From assembly GCA_000091165.1 (NCBI GenBank), contig FP565575.1, positions 1,380,001-1,412,000 on the forward strand: a stretch of 32,000 bases of DNA, in the 5' to 3' direction. The position numbers and the translations under genes were made by a program. Positions 17,022 to 25,473 of the stretch are shown here, one piece after another (within the stretch, counting starts at the first letter, position 1; each line of letters begins with the position of its first letter). The stretch comes from Candidatus Methylomirabilis oxygeniifera (GTDB taxonomy: Bacteria; Methylomirabilota; Methylomirabilia; Methylomirabilales; Methylomirabilaceae). Under the pieces are notes generated by a model. That model did not search any database. It saw nothing but the letters and a program-made list of their open reading frames with translations, and had not been told where the DNA came from.

Positions 17022-18193
17022 TACCCTCTCTGGACCGCTATCTCCTCCAGGGCACCCGACTGCAGGCACTCAAGGATAGCGTCTACCGTCCGACTCAAGG
17101 CTCCAGGCGGTCCCAAGCGATCACGCATCTGCTGGAGCTCCTGCCGCGTGTGGCGACGCTGCTCCGCCGACAGGAGCAACCGACGGGCCTCGTCGGCGAT
17201 CCGCTCCGGTGTCGCGTGAAATTGAATCAGCTCCGGCGCAATCCGTCTTCCCGCCACCAGATTCACCATGCCGATGTACGGAACCCTGATCAACAAACAG
17301 CCCAACAGCCACGACAGAAAGGCAAGGCGATACACAATCACCATGGGGGTACCGATAATAGCCGCCTCAATGGTCGCAGTACCTGACGCCACAAGGAGCA
17401 GGTCCGACGCTGCCATGACCTCATAGGTCTGGCCCTGCACAACTGTAGCTAAGACGGCTTCTCGGGTCAGGAAGGATCCGATAAGGTCGAGCGGAAGTCC
17501 GTCGGCCGCGGCAATTACCACACGCAAATCCGGCTGCTCCGTCATCAGTCGCCTGGCCGATCTGAGCAAGATGGGTAGATGCCGCATGAGCTCACCTGTG
17601 CGGCTGCCGGGCAGCAGCCCCAATACCGGAGCCGCTCCCTCCAACCCTAGGCGGCGACGCGCCTCATTCATCGATGGTGAAGACGCCAACCGATCCAGGA
17701 GCGGGTGACCGACATACAGAGCTTCCACCCCTTTGTCGCGATAGAAACCCTCCTCGAAGGGAAAGATCACCAGGAGCCGTCGGACATACTTCGCAATCGA
17801 CCGTATCCGACCCGCTCGCCAAGCCCATACCTGCGGACTGATAAAGTAGACCACCGGGATGCCAAGCCGGGATGCGCGGCGAGCGAGCCTCAGGTTGAAG
17901 TCCGGAAAATCTACAAGGATCACCAGATCGGGGCGTCGATCGCGCAAGCACCGGATCATACTCCGGTACGCCCGCCAGATAGCAGGGAGTCTGGCGACTA
18001 CCTCGACGAGGCCCACCACAGCCAGATCGCCCGCATGCGCATGGAGGCGGACACCCGCCTGACGCATCCGGTCCCCTCCGATTCCCTCTATGGTCAGGTC
18101 CGGGGCGCGCCGCCGCAGCTCGGCAACCACACCGGCAGCATGCAGATCTCCTGACGACTCTCCTGCGACGATCAGGATCCGGCCATCTCGCAT
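17021..18193 (-). CDS. lpxB: Lipid-A-disaccharide synthase
   Basis: RILIVAGESSGDLHAAGVVAELR, GIGGDRMRQAG, YFISPQVWAWRAGRIRSI and VLGLLPGSRTGEL. Confidence 0.96.
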   Translation of the reverse strand: MRDGRILIVAGESSGDLHAAGVVAELRRRAPDLTIEGIGGDRMRQAGVRLHAHAGDLAVVGLVEVVARLPAIWRAYRSMIRCLRDRRPDLVILVDFPDFNLRLARRASRLGIPVVYFISPQVWAWRAGRIRSIAKYVRRLLVIFPFEEGFYRDKGVEALYVGHPLLDRLASSPSMNEARRRLGLEGAAPVLGLLPGSRTGELMRHLPILLRSARRLMTEQPDLRVVIAAADGLPLDLIGSFLTREAVLATVVQGQTYEVMAASDLLLVASGTATIEAAIIGTPMVIVYRLAFLSWLLGCLLIRVPYIGMVNLVAGRRIAPELIQFHATPERIADEARRLLLSAEQRRHTRQELQQMRDRLGPPGALSRTVDAILECLQSGALEEIAVQRG

Positions 18194-18199
18194 CTGGCC

Positions 18200-19147
18200 C
18201 TACAATCGCTCCACAATCTGAGAGGCCACTTTCAGGGCATCTCGTCCTTCCTCCCCTGAGACCAGAGGTCGTTTTCTGGCCCGGACGCACTCGATAAAGC
18301 TTTCGAGCTCAACACGAAGCGGCTCTGCCTTATCAATGGGGATCTCTTCCTTCACGATCGCCGAGGCGGCCTCAGCGGCTGCCTTGCTCGTCCCAGAGAT
18401 GCGATGGTAGACCGTCATCTCTTGCTGGGTATAATCGAGGGAGATGAAGGTGTCCCGCTGAAAGATCCGTATCCGCCGGACCCGTTCGACGCTCACCCGG
18501 CTGGCAGTCAGGTTCGCGACGCACCCCGATGCAAATTCAAGTCGCGCATTCGCAATATCCACCTGATCGGAGATGACCGGGACGCCCACAGCCGTGACCG
18601 AGACGACGGGTGACTTGATCAAATTCAGTACAATGTCAATGTCATGGATCATCAGATCCAGAACAACATCAACATCCGTATTGCGGTGGGCAAAAGGACC
18701 AAGACGGTGACACTCAATGAAGCCGGGATTCCTCACGACGGCCTCGAGCGCCTTTACCGCGCCGTTGAATCGCTCGATATGACCAACCTGAAAGATTCGA
18801 TCGTCACACCTGGCGATCTCAACCAGTTCGTCGGCCTGAGCGGGAAACTGCGCAATCGGTTTCTCCACCAGGACGTCTACCCCGCGCTTCAGGAACTCCT
18901 TGGCGATGGGATAGTGCAACAGGGTCGGAACCGCCACGCTGACGGCGTCTACCCTTTCCAGGAGCTCGCGGTAATCGCGACACAACCGGATCCGCTGCCG
19001 TATCCCAACCTCCTGCAGGCGGGTCTCGTCGATATCGACCACCCCGACCAGTTCAACACCAGGCAACTCCGAATAGATCCTGGCGTGGTGATGTCCCACA
19101 TAGCCCACACCGACGACACCGACTCGAATTGGATGTCCGTTCTTCAT
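18200..19147 (-). CDS. Gfo/Idh/MocA family oxidoreductase
   Basis: VGVVGVGYVGHHHARIYSELPGVELVGVVDID, VDVLVEKPIA, VGHIERFNGAV and DLMIHDIDIVLNLI. Confidence 0.93.
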   Translation of the reverse strand: MKNGHPIRVGVVGVGYVGHHHARIYSELPGVELVGVVDIDETRLQEVGIRQRIRLCRDYRELLERVDAVSVAVPTLLHYPIAKEFLKRGVDVLVEKPIAQFPAQADELVEIARCDDRIFQVGHIERFNGAVKALEAVVRNPGFIECHRLGPFAHRNTDVDVVLDLMIHDIDIVLNLIKSPVVSVTAVGVPVISDQVDIANARLEFASGCVANLTASRVSVERVRRIRIFQRDTFISLDYTQQEMTVYHRISGTSKAAAEAASAIVKEEIPIDKAEPLRVELESFIECVRARKRPLVSGEEGRDALKVASQIVERL

Positions 19148-19225
19148 GCTCGATTCGTCTCGCCTCTCGCCAACATCAGCGGGGAAGCCGTCAGCTCTAG
19201 CTGATAGCTGACGGCCGTCCTGCTG

Positions 19226-20026
19226 CTAGTCAGCCACAATCGTCAGCCCAAGTCGATCGGCCCTCGCCACGACCTTTTCCCGATCAAGAATCAACGTCTG
19301 ATCGGCATCCAGGGCAAGCGCGGTTGCGCCCGCATCTTCAAGCGCCGCCACAGTCTCCGGTCCGATAACCGGCAGATCAAAGCGCATATCCTTATGAGGA
19401 CGCCCAACCTTTACCACGACTACCTCACGATTCCCGAGTGTACCGCCGCGGCGAATTGCCGCATCAGTTCCCTCGATCGCCTCTACAGCCAGTACGGTAC
19501 GGCGCTTCACCACGACCGTTTGGCCGATCCGCAACTGCGCCATCGATCGGGCAAGCTCTCTTCCAAAGTCGATATCTTGCTGCTCCTCCAGCCTTGGCGC
19601 CCGCGCCGTCAGTACTCCCTTCCGTAGTAGAATCGAAGAGAGGAACCGTCGACAATCGTGCAGGGTAATCCCTTCCTCTGCCAGCAGATCGCCTACACCT
19701 GCGAGGATCGTATCACCGCGTCGGTCTTTGAGCTTCCAATAGAACAGCAAACCGGCCAGATCGATCTTCGCGCGCGAGAAGAGAAGATCCAGCGGGACCT
19801 TCCCGAGCATCACGGCATCCGTCACTTGTTCACGCTTCAGCGCCGAGATCAACCGCCCAAGCTGTCCGACGCCCACCCAACAGATCGCATCGACTTCATC
19901 GGCCAGATCGGCAGAGGCCGCCTCTTCGACCGCCACCGCCACGACCTTCAACCCCTGCATTCGCGCATCCCGCGCGGCCACAATCGGAAGCGGACCCCCG
20001 CCGGCGATGATCCCCAGACGTTCCAT
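19226..20026 (-). CDS. lpxI: UDP-2,3-diacylglucosamine diphosphatase, LpxI family (DUF1009)
   Basis: LGIIAGGGPLPIVAARDARMQG, AVMLGKV, GVLTARAPRLEEQQDIDFGRELARSMAQLRIGQTVVVK and KVGRPHKDMRFDLPVIGPETV. Confidence 0.93.
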   Translation of the reverse strand: MERLGIIAGGGPLPIVAARDARMQGLKVVAVAVEEAASADLADEVDAICWVGVGQLGRLISALKREQVTDAVMLGKVPLDLLFSRAKIDLAGLLFYWKLKDRRGDTILAGVGDLLAEEGITLHDCRRFLSSILLRKGVLTARAPRLEEQQDIDFGRELARSMAQLRIGQTVVVKRRTVLAVEAIEGTDAAIRRGGTLGNREVVVVKVGRPHKDMRFDLPVIGPETVAALEDAGATALALDADQTLILDREKVVARADRLGLTIVAD

Positions 20027-20047
20027 TACAATCCGATTCGCGGTGCA

Positions 20048-20112
20048 TTGGGTTCATTGCGTGCGGCGTTCGTTGCGTTCGGGGTGACGCTGCACGCTGT
20101 ACGCTGCACGCC
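20048..20112. repeat. Mixed 9-bp and 7-bp degenerate tandem repeats in the lpxI-lpxA spacer
   Basis: TTGGGTTCA TTGCGTGCG GCGTTCG TTGCGTTCG, followed by ACGCTGC ACGCTGT ACGCTGC ACGCC (20087-20112). Confidence 0.8.
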
Positions 20113-20114
20113 TA

Positions 20115-20891
20115 TCAACGGGCGATTCCTCTGGCCGATAACTTGATGAAGTGCATCAAGTGCTCAATCTCCGGGCAAGAGGTGACCTCCGATGCAATCC
20201 TCTCCAGAGCCTGGGATGTATTAAGGTGGGCCAGGAAGAGCAATCGATAGGCTTGCTTGAGACGAAGAATTGCCTCCTCAGAAATACCATGGCGGCGAAG
20301 ACCTACCGTGTTTAAACCGTAGCATTTGGCTCGGTTCCCCTGCGCCTTCAGGAAAGGTGGGATGTCTTGCAGCACCGCGGAACAGGCGCCGACCATCGCG
20401 TATTGTCCGATGCGGACGAACTGATGGATCCCTGTCTGCCCACCAATAACTGCTCGCGTTTCGACCTCGACGTGGCCGGCCAGTCCGGCTTGACTGGCGA
20501 CGACAACGTCATCGTGCAGGATACAATCGTGCGCAATATGAGCATAGGCCATGATGTAGTTCCGGCATCCCAACACGGTGACGCCTCTCCCCTTTACCGA
20601 GCCGCGATGAACCGATGCGAACTCCCGGATGATTGTCTCGTCACGGATCATCAATCTGGTCTTCTCGCCCCTGTCCTGGAAGATCTGAGGTGCCGCGCCG
20701 AGGACGACATGGGAGAAGATCTGGCACCGTTCCCCGATCTCCGTCACCCCCTCGATAAGGACATGCGAGCCGATAACGGTCCCGGACCTGACAACGACAT
20801 CAGGACCGATCATTGAAAAGGCACCGATACTGCAGTCCGACGCCAGCGTGGCCTCAGGTGCGACAATCGCTGACGGATGGATCTGCGCCAT
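20115..20891 (-). CDS. lpxA: UDP-N-acetylglucosamine (or related) O-/N-acyltransferase
   Basis: MAQIHPSAIVAPEATLASD, GRGVTVLGCRNYIMAYAHIAHDCILHDDVVVASQAGLAGHVEV, GGQTGIHQFVRIG and KAQGNRAKCYGLNTVGLRRHG. The Met at 20891 overlaps the fabZ stop by 1 nt. Confidence 0.95.
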   Translation of the reverse strand: MAQIHPSAIVAPEATLASDCSIGAFSMIGPDVVVRSGTVIGSHVLIEGVTEIGERCQIFSHVVLGAAPQIFQDRGEKTRLMIRDETIIREFASVHRGSVKGRGVTVLGCRNYIMAYAHIAHDCILHDDVVVASQAGLAGHVEVETRAVIGGQTGIHQFVRIGQYAMVGACSAVLQDIPPFLKAQGNRAKCYGLNTVGLRRHGISEEAILRLKQAYRLLFLAHLNTSQALERIASEVTSCPEIEHLMHFIKLSARGIAR

Positions 20892-21370
20892 TATTCTCCC
20901 GCTACCACAGGAATACCGGGAGGAAGATTCGACGATTCCCGGTCGACTACCATACACGACAGCTCAGCCTCCGCGACCAACTTGTCCTGAACAAAGGCCA
21001 TTGCTTGCATTCGACAGTTCCGACTTCTGATCTGGAGCAGCTCGATCTCAAACCGCACCTGATCCCCCGGTAGCACTGGCCTGCGGAACTTGGCGTGGTC
21101 GATGCCGGTAAAATACACCAGCTTCTTTTCGGCGCTCACGTTCAGTGTCCGCATCAGCAGAACACCTCCGACCTGCGCCATCGCCTCGATAACCAGCACT
21201 CCCGGCATGACCGGCTGCCCCGGAAAGTGACCCTGAAAGAATGACTCGTTAATGGTCACGTTCTTTAGCCCCACCACCCTCTTTCCGGGCTCGATCTCGA
21301 GGATCCTATCGACGAGAAGAAACGGATAACGGTGGGGAAGCATCTCCTGAATCTGTCGAATATCTATCAC
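20891..21370 (-). CDS. fabZ: 3-hydroxyacyl-ACP dehydratase FabZ
   Basis: IQEMLPHRYPFLLVDRILEIEPGKRVVGLKNVTINESFFQGHFPGQPVMPGVLVIEAMAQVGG. Confidence 0.97.
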   Translation of the reverse strand: MIDIRQIQEMLPHRYPFLLVDRILEIEPGKRVVGLKNVTINESFFQGHFPGQPVMPGVLVIEAMAQVGGVLLMRTLNVSAEKKLVYFTGIDHAKFRRPVLPGDQVRFEIELLQIRSRNCRMQAMAFVQDKLVAEAELSCMVVDRESSNLPPGIPVVAGE

Positions 21371-22452
21371 TGGGGTCTCCTCTCGAAACTCGATTGAGAA
21401 GACTGCGCCTCTACATCCCCTTCCTCAATAGTGCGTTCTAACGATGCCAGACGCGTCTCAATGCGCTTGAGGGTTCTCAGGATCGAGGGGAGCCGATTTG
21501 CTGCAGCAACGCTGCGCTTAAATGCGAGATGCGGAACAGCGGGAGAACCCAGAACAACACTCCCGGATGGGAGACTCTTCGCAACTCCGGCTTGCGCACC
21601 CACAGTGACATCGTCGCCGATTTCAATATGATCGACAATCCCGACCTGACCGGCGAGCGTCACTCGATCTCCGATCGTCGCGCTGCCGGAAATACCGGTC
21701 AGGGCCACAATGACCGTATCTGCTCCAACGACCACGTTGTGTGCGATCTGGACCAGATTGTCGATCTTGGTCCCATGTTTGATCCTCGTCGCCCCTATGG
21801 TCGCCCGGTCGATTGTGACATTCGCGCCGATCTCTACATCATCCTCGATAATGACCCGCCCCACCTGCGGAACTTTGATACGGATCCCCTGTCCATCTCT
21901 CAGATAGCCGAAGCCATCGCTCCCGATGACGGTCCCGCTATGAACGATCACGCGATCGCCGATCTCGGCACCCTCCCGGATCATCACCTGCGGGTAAAGC
22001 CAGCAGTCGGCGCCGATACGGGAGCCTTTCCCGATATAGACCTGGGCACCCACAACAGTCCCCCGGCCGATCGTCACATCCGCCTCAACGACTGAGAGCG
22101 GCCCGATCGCAACATCCATCGCCAGACGTACGCCCTCGCGTACAATGCTGGATGGATGGATGCCTGGCGTTGGGCTGTCCGGGGTATAGAAGAGACGAAG
22201 GGCCCCGACAAAAGCCAGATACGGATCGTTCGTCAGCAGGGCCGGCTTAGAACAGGGTGGGCTCCCCTCAGGTACGATGACAGCGGAGGCCTTACTCGTC
22301 TCCAGCTTCGGCAGATCACGAGCGTGTGCCACAAAAGCCAGGTCCCCCTCACACGCCTCGTGCAGCGGAGCGAGATGACGGACCTCGATCTCACCGTCAC
22401 CGACCAGCCGGCAGTTCAGCTTTTCAGCCAGCTCCCTCAGTTGCATCACCAC
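21367..22452 (-). CDS. lpxD: UDP-3-O-(3-hydroxyacyl)glucosamine N-acyltransferase
   Basis: Long hexapeptide repeat region, VIGSDGFGYLRDG, GANVTIDRATIGATRIKHGTKIDNLVQIAHNV and QVGIVDHIEIGDDVTVGAQAGV. Confidence 0.96.
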   Translation of the reverse strand: MVMQLRELAEKLNCRLVGDGEIEVRHLAPLHEACEGDLAFVAHARDLPKLETSKASAVIVPEGSPPCSKPALLTNDPYLAFVGALRLFYTPDSPTPGIHPSSIVREGVRLAMDVAIGPLSVVEADVTIGRGTVVGAQVYIGKGSRIGADCWLYPQVMIREGAEIGDRVIVHSGTVIGSDGFGYLRDGQGIRIKVPQVGRVIIEDDVEIGANVTIDRATIGATRIKHGTKIDNLVQIAHNVVVGADTVIVALTGISGSATIGDRVTLAGQVGIVDHIEIGDDVTVGAQAGVAKSLPSGSVVLGSPAVPHLAFKRSVAAANRLPSILRTLKRIETRLASLERTIEEGDVEAQSSQSSFERRPQ

Positions 22453-22454
22453 AA

Positions 22455-23003
22455 CTACTTTTTGCTTCGGCGGGTGTTGTAACGTTCGAGGATCTCTTTG
22501 GTAAGGTCGGCCGCGTCGTTGCCGTAGATCACACCGCTCTGCCCCTTCTCAATGATGAGGCCATATCCTTTCTCTTTGCCGTAGTCCCGGATCACGGTCG
22601 TGAGATCCTTGAGTAGATCATTGACCATCTCACCTTCCCGCTTGGCCAGGTCACGGTTAAAATCTTCGGTGACTCGCTTGAGGTCCCGCAACTTACGTCT
22701 GATCTCTTCCTCTCTGTCCTTCCGTGCGGCCTCACTCAGGGCAGACGCCTGTTTCTGGAGATCGGCGTCCATCTGCTTGATCTCAGCCTCTTTCGCGCTG
22801 ATCTCCTTCTGTTTCTCTGTCGCCTCCGCCTTGACGGTATTCATCGCCGTCTGCCCCTCTTTCGACTGCGTGATCACCGTCTGAAGGTCGACAAACCCGA
22901 GTCGTACCGGCGGATCCGCAGCCCAACTTACGGATGCCGTCAAGACCACCGCCACAGCCACCCAGAACAGCCGCCATCGCCAACCGTACATCATACCCAT
23001 CAT
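22455..23003 (-). CDS. OmpH/Skp family periplasmic chaperone
   Basis: Signal peptide-like N-terminus, RLGFVDLQTVITQSKEGQTAMN, central coiled coil, located directly between bamA and lpxD. Confidence 0.9.
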   Translation of the reverse strand: MMGMMYGWRWRLFWVAVAVVLTASVSWAADPPVRLGFVDLQTVITQSKEGQTAMNTVKAEATEKQKEISAKEAEIKQMDADLQKQASALSEAARKDREEEIRRKLRDLKRVTEDFNRDLAKREGEMVNDLLKDLTTVIRDYGKEKGYGLIIEKGQSGVIYGNDAADLTKEILERYNTRRSKK

Positions 23004-23022
23004 ACGTTGTTTCCTCCACGCG

Positions 23023-25326
23023 CTAAAACGTCGACCCCATCGTCAAGTGAACGGCGCTGCTCGATTCCCCTGGCCGCTTATCCAGATTGAGACCCCACTC
23101 AACCCGCACCAGGCCAAATGGGGTGGCCACACGAACCCCACCCCCTGCCGTCGGTCGCAATTTGAATGAAAGGCTTTCCCCCTCGGCCCAGACATTGCCT
23201 GCATCGAAAAAGATCAACCCCTTGAGTCCCAACGGATCGTAGAGCGGAAACATCACCTCGTTATTGAAGTAGAGGGCCTTGGTACCGCCGATCCGCTCAT
23301 CGCCAATGATGTTGCCAGCGTCGTCCTTGACCGTCTCGGTGGGGCTCAAGTGGAAGGTCTTGAATCCTCGAACCGTCGTGGTGCCGCCAAGGTAGATCCG
23401 CTCCTGAACCGGTAGATCCTTCCCGCCGTAGGCGTTCGCTACAATCAGGTTGCCGCGGATATGACCGATCACCTTCCAGATCAGCGGGTGATAGTAGCCG
23501 AGATCCAGGTTGAACCGGTGGAACTTATTGCTCCCGCCAAGAAAGTTTCCGGCGAACTGATACGTTGCGGACCCGGTGAAACCTTTGGTCGGATCGAGTC
23601 GGTTATCCCTGAGATCCATCGAGAGACCGAGCGATACCCTCCCGGTTTTATTTATTCCTTCTTCGTCCTTGATAGTCTTAGGCGCGGTGTCTTCGACATC
23701 GAAGATCTTGTTTCGCTCATATCGATACCCCAGGTTACCGAACAACTCCTTGTAGAGTCGTCGGCCAAAGGCGATCGAACCGCCCTTGCTGTCCTGATTA
23801 AAGCCGGTCTGCTGGTCGAAGAGCAGACGCTGGTTGAAGACCGAGACATCCAGCGAGGTCCCCGTATCCAGAATGTAAGGATCAAAGAAGTTCAGGACAA
23901 ACCGACTCGCCCTGGCACCAACTTGCGCTGAAACCGAGATCCGCTGCCCCAGTCCGAAAAAGTTATTCTGAGAAATAGAACCCGAACCCAGGATGCCGTC
24001 AATCGAACTGAATCCGCCCCCGATGCTGAAGGAGCCGGTCGGCTTCTCTTTCACCAGTACATCGATATCCACCCGATCCTCGGAGGTCCCCCGACGGGTT
24101 TCGATCTTCACATCCTCGAAGAAACCAAGGTTGTTCAGATTCTGGCGACCGCGCGCCAGTAGACGGCTATTGTAGAGGTCACCCTCATTCAGAGGGATCT
24201 CCCGTCGAACGACCTTATCTCGAGTCTTTGTATTACCTGAGATCTCGATCCGTTCCAGGAACGCCTGTTTCCCTTCGCTGATCTCCAGCCCGACATCCAC
24301 AATATGGTTCTCCCGATCGGTATTAATGGTGGGAGCGATATCTGCAAAGAGATAGCCGCGCTCCGAATACCGATCAGTGAGGGTCAGTAGGTCCCGCTGG
24401 AGCACCTCCCGGCTGAAAATCCCCTGTCTGGCAATCTGAAGCGGTTTTAACACGTCCTCGGCAGAAAAGACCGTGTTGCCTATCACGCCTAACTCCCCCA
24501 CCCGGTACTGCGGGCCTTCTTCCACCCGGATGCCGATCTCGAGTTTCTGCCGTGCCTCAACCACCCGGATCTCCGGCTCTCCCACTTTAACGTCGAGATA
24601 GCCGTTATCCAAGTAGTACGCTTTAATCCGATCGAGATCGCGTTGCAACTCATCGCGTTTCAGCGTTCCAAAAAAGAAAAACAGGAATAGTTCCCTGGTG
24701 GCCATGCGCGCCTTGATCTCCTCGTCGCTCAACCCTTTAGCCCCAAGGATTCGAATAGTCGAAATATCGAACTTTCCCCCCTCGTTAATCTCGAAAGCGA
24801 CCGAGATGTCCCCCTCCGGTGTCTTGTCTGTTTGCGGGGCAACCTTCGCCTGGTAATATCCCTCTTCTTCGTAAAACTGCCTGACCTTCTCCACGTTCGC
24901 GGCAACGGTCTGTGGGTTAAATACCCCGCCCTCAGTGAGCGTGAGTTTCTCTTTGATCTTGTCGGTAGCAATCTGCTTGTTGCCGCGGATCTTCACCTCA
25001 CGGATGGTCGGCTTTTCAGTGAGGATGAAAGCGATCTTCAGACCTCCCTCAAAGACCTCGGCATCCACAGCGACATCGTCGTAGAAGCCCAATCGGTAGA
25101 CTGTCTTGACATCCTCTCTGATCTTTTCCAGAGAGAACGACTCCCCAACCCGGGTCTTCAGCTTAAACCGGATGGTCGCCTCGTCGATCTTTCGGCTTCC
25201 CTTGATATCGAGTTGCTTGACCTGCGCCTGTTCCTGGCCGTAAGCTTTGCCGAACGCCAACGCCAGAAAAAGAAGGAGAGAAGTGACGGCGAGAAACGTT
25301 ACGCGATTCGCGAAGGCCGGTACCAA
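23023..25326 (-). CDS. bamA: Outer membrane protein assembly factor BamA
   Basis: Signal-like N-terminus, POTRA-type repeats (VKQLDIKGSRKIDEATI..., FILTEKPTIREVKIRGNKQI..., VEIRRKLEIGIRVEEGPQYRVGELGVIGN-type), GGGFSSIDGILGSGSISQNNFFGLGQ and a C-terminal beta barrel ending in F. Confidence 0.96.
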   Translation of the reverse strand: MVPAFANRVTFLAVTSLLLFLALAFGKAYGQEQAQVKQLDIKGSRKIDEATIRFKLKTRVGESFSLEKIREDVKTVYRLGFYDDVAVDAEVFEGGLKIAFILTEKPTIREVKIRGNKQIATDKIKEKLTLTEGGVFNPQTVAANVEKVRQFYEEEGYYQAKVAPQTDKTPEGDISVAFEINEGGKFDISTIRILGAKGLSDEEIKARMATRELFLFFFFGTLKRDELQRDLDRIKAYYLDNGYLDVKVGEPEIRVVEARQKLEIGIRVEEGPQYRVGELGVIGNTVFSAEDVLKPLQIARQGIFSREVLQRDLLTLTDRYSERGYLFADIAPTINTDRENHIVDVGLEISEGKQAFLERIEISGNTKTRDKVVRREIPLNEGDLYNSRLLARGRQNLNNLGFFEDVKIETRRGTSEDRVDIDVLVKEKPTGSFSIGGGFSSIDGILGSGSISQNNFFGLGQRISVSAQVGARASRFVLNFFDPYILDTGTSLDVSVFNQRLLFDQQTGFNQDSKGGSIAFGRRLYKELFGNLGYRYERNKIFDVEDTAPKTIKDEEGINKTGRVSLGLSMDLRDNRLDPTKGFTGSATYQFAGNFLGGSNKFHRFNLDLGYYHPLIWKVIGHIRGNLIVANAYGGKDLPVQERIYLGGTTTVRGFKTFHLSPTETVKDDAGNIIGDERIGGTKALYFNNEVMFPLYDPLGLKGLIFFDAGNVWAEGESLSFKLRPTAGGGVRVATPFGLVRVEWGLNLDKRPGESSSAVHLTMGSTF

Positions 25327-25473
25327 GAGTTGTTACTCCTCGAGTCTGGACAGGGGGGATACCTGCGCTCAACGTAAACGCGCAAACCTTACCACCTTTG
25401 CCTCGATAACGCAAGGAGAAAGTCGCCCGAACGGGCCACAGCGAAAGAGATACAGGCTTGGAGTGAAGTGCGG

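Noticed and set aside
17664-18290. 208-aa - strand ORF overlapping lpxB in another frame
   Set aside because: Arg/Gly/Pro/Cys-rich out-of-frame translation of lpxB with no independent support.
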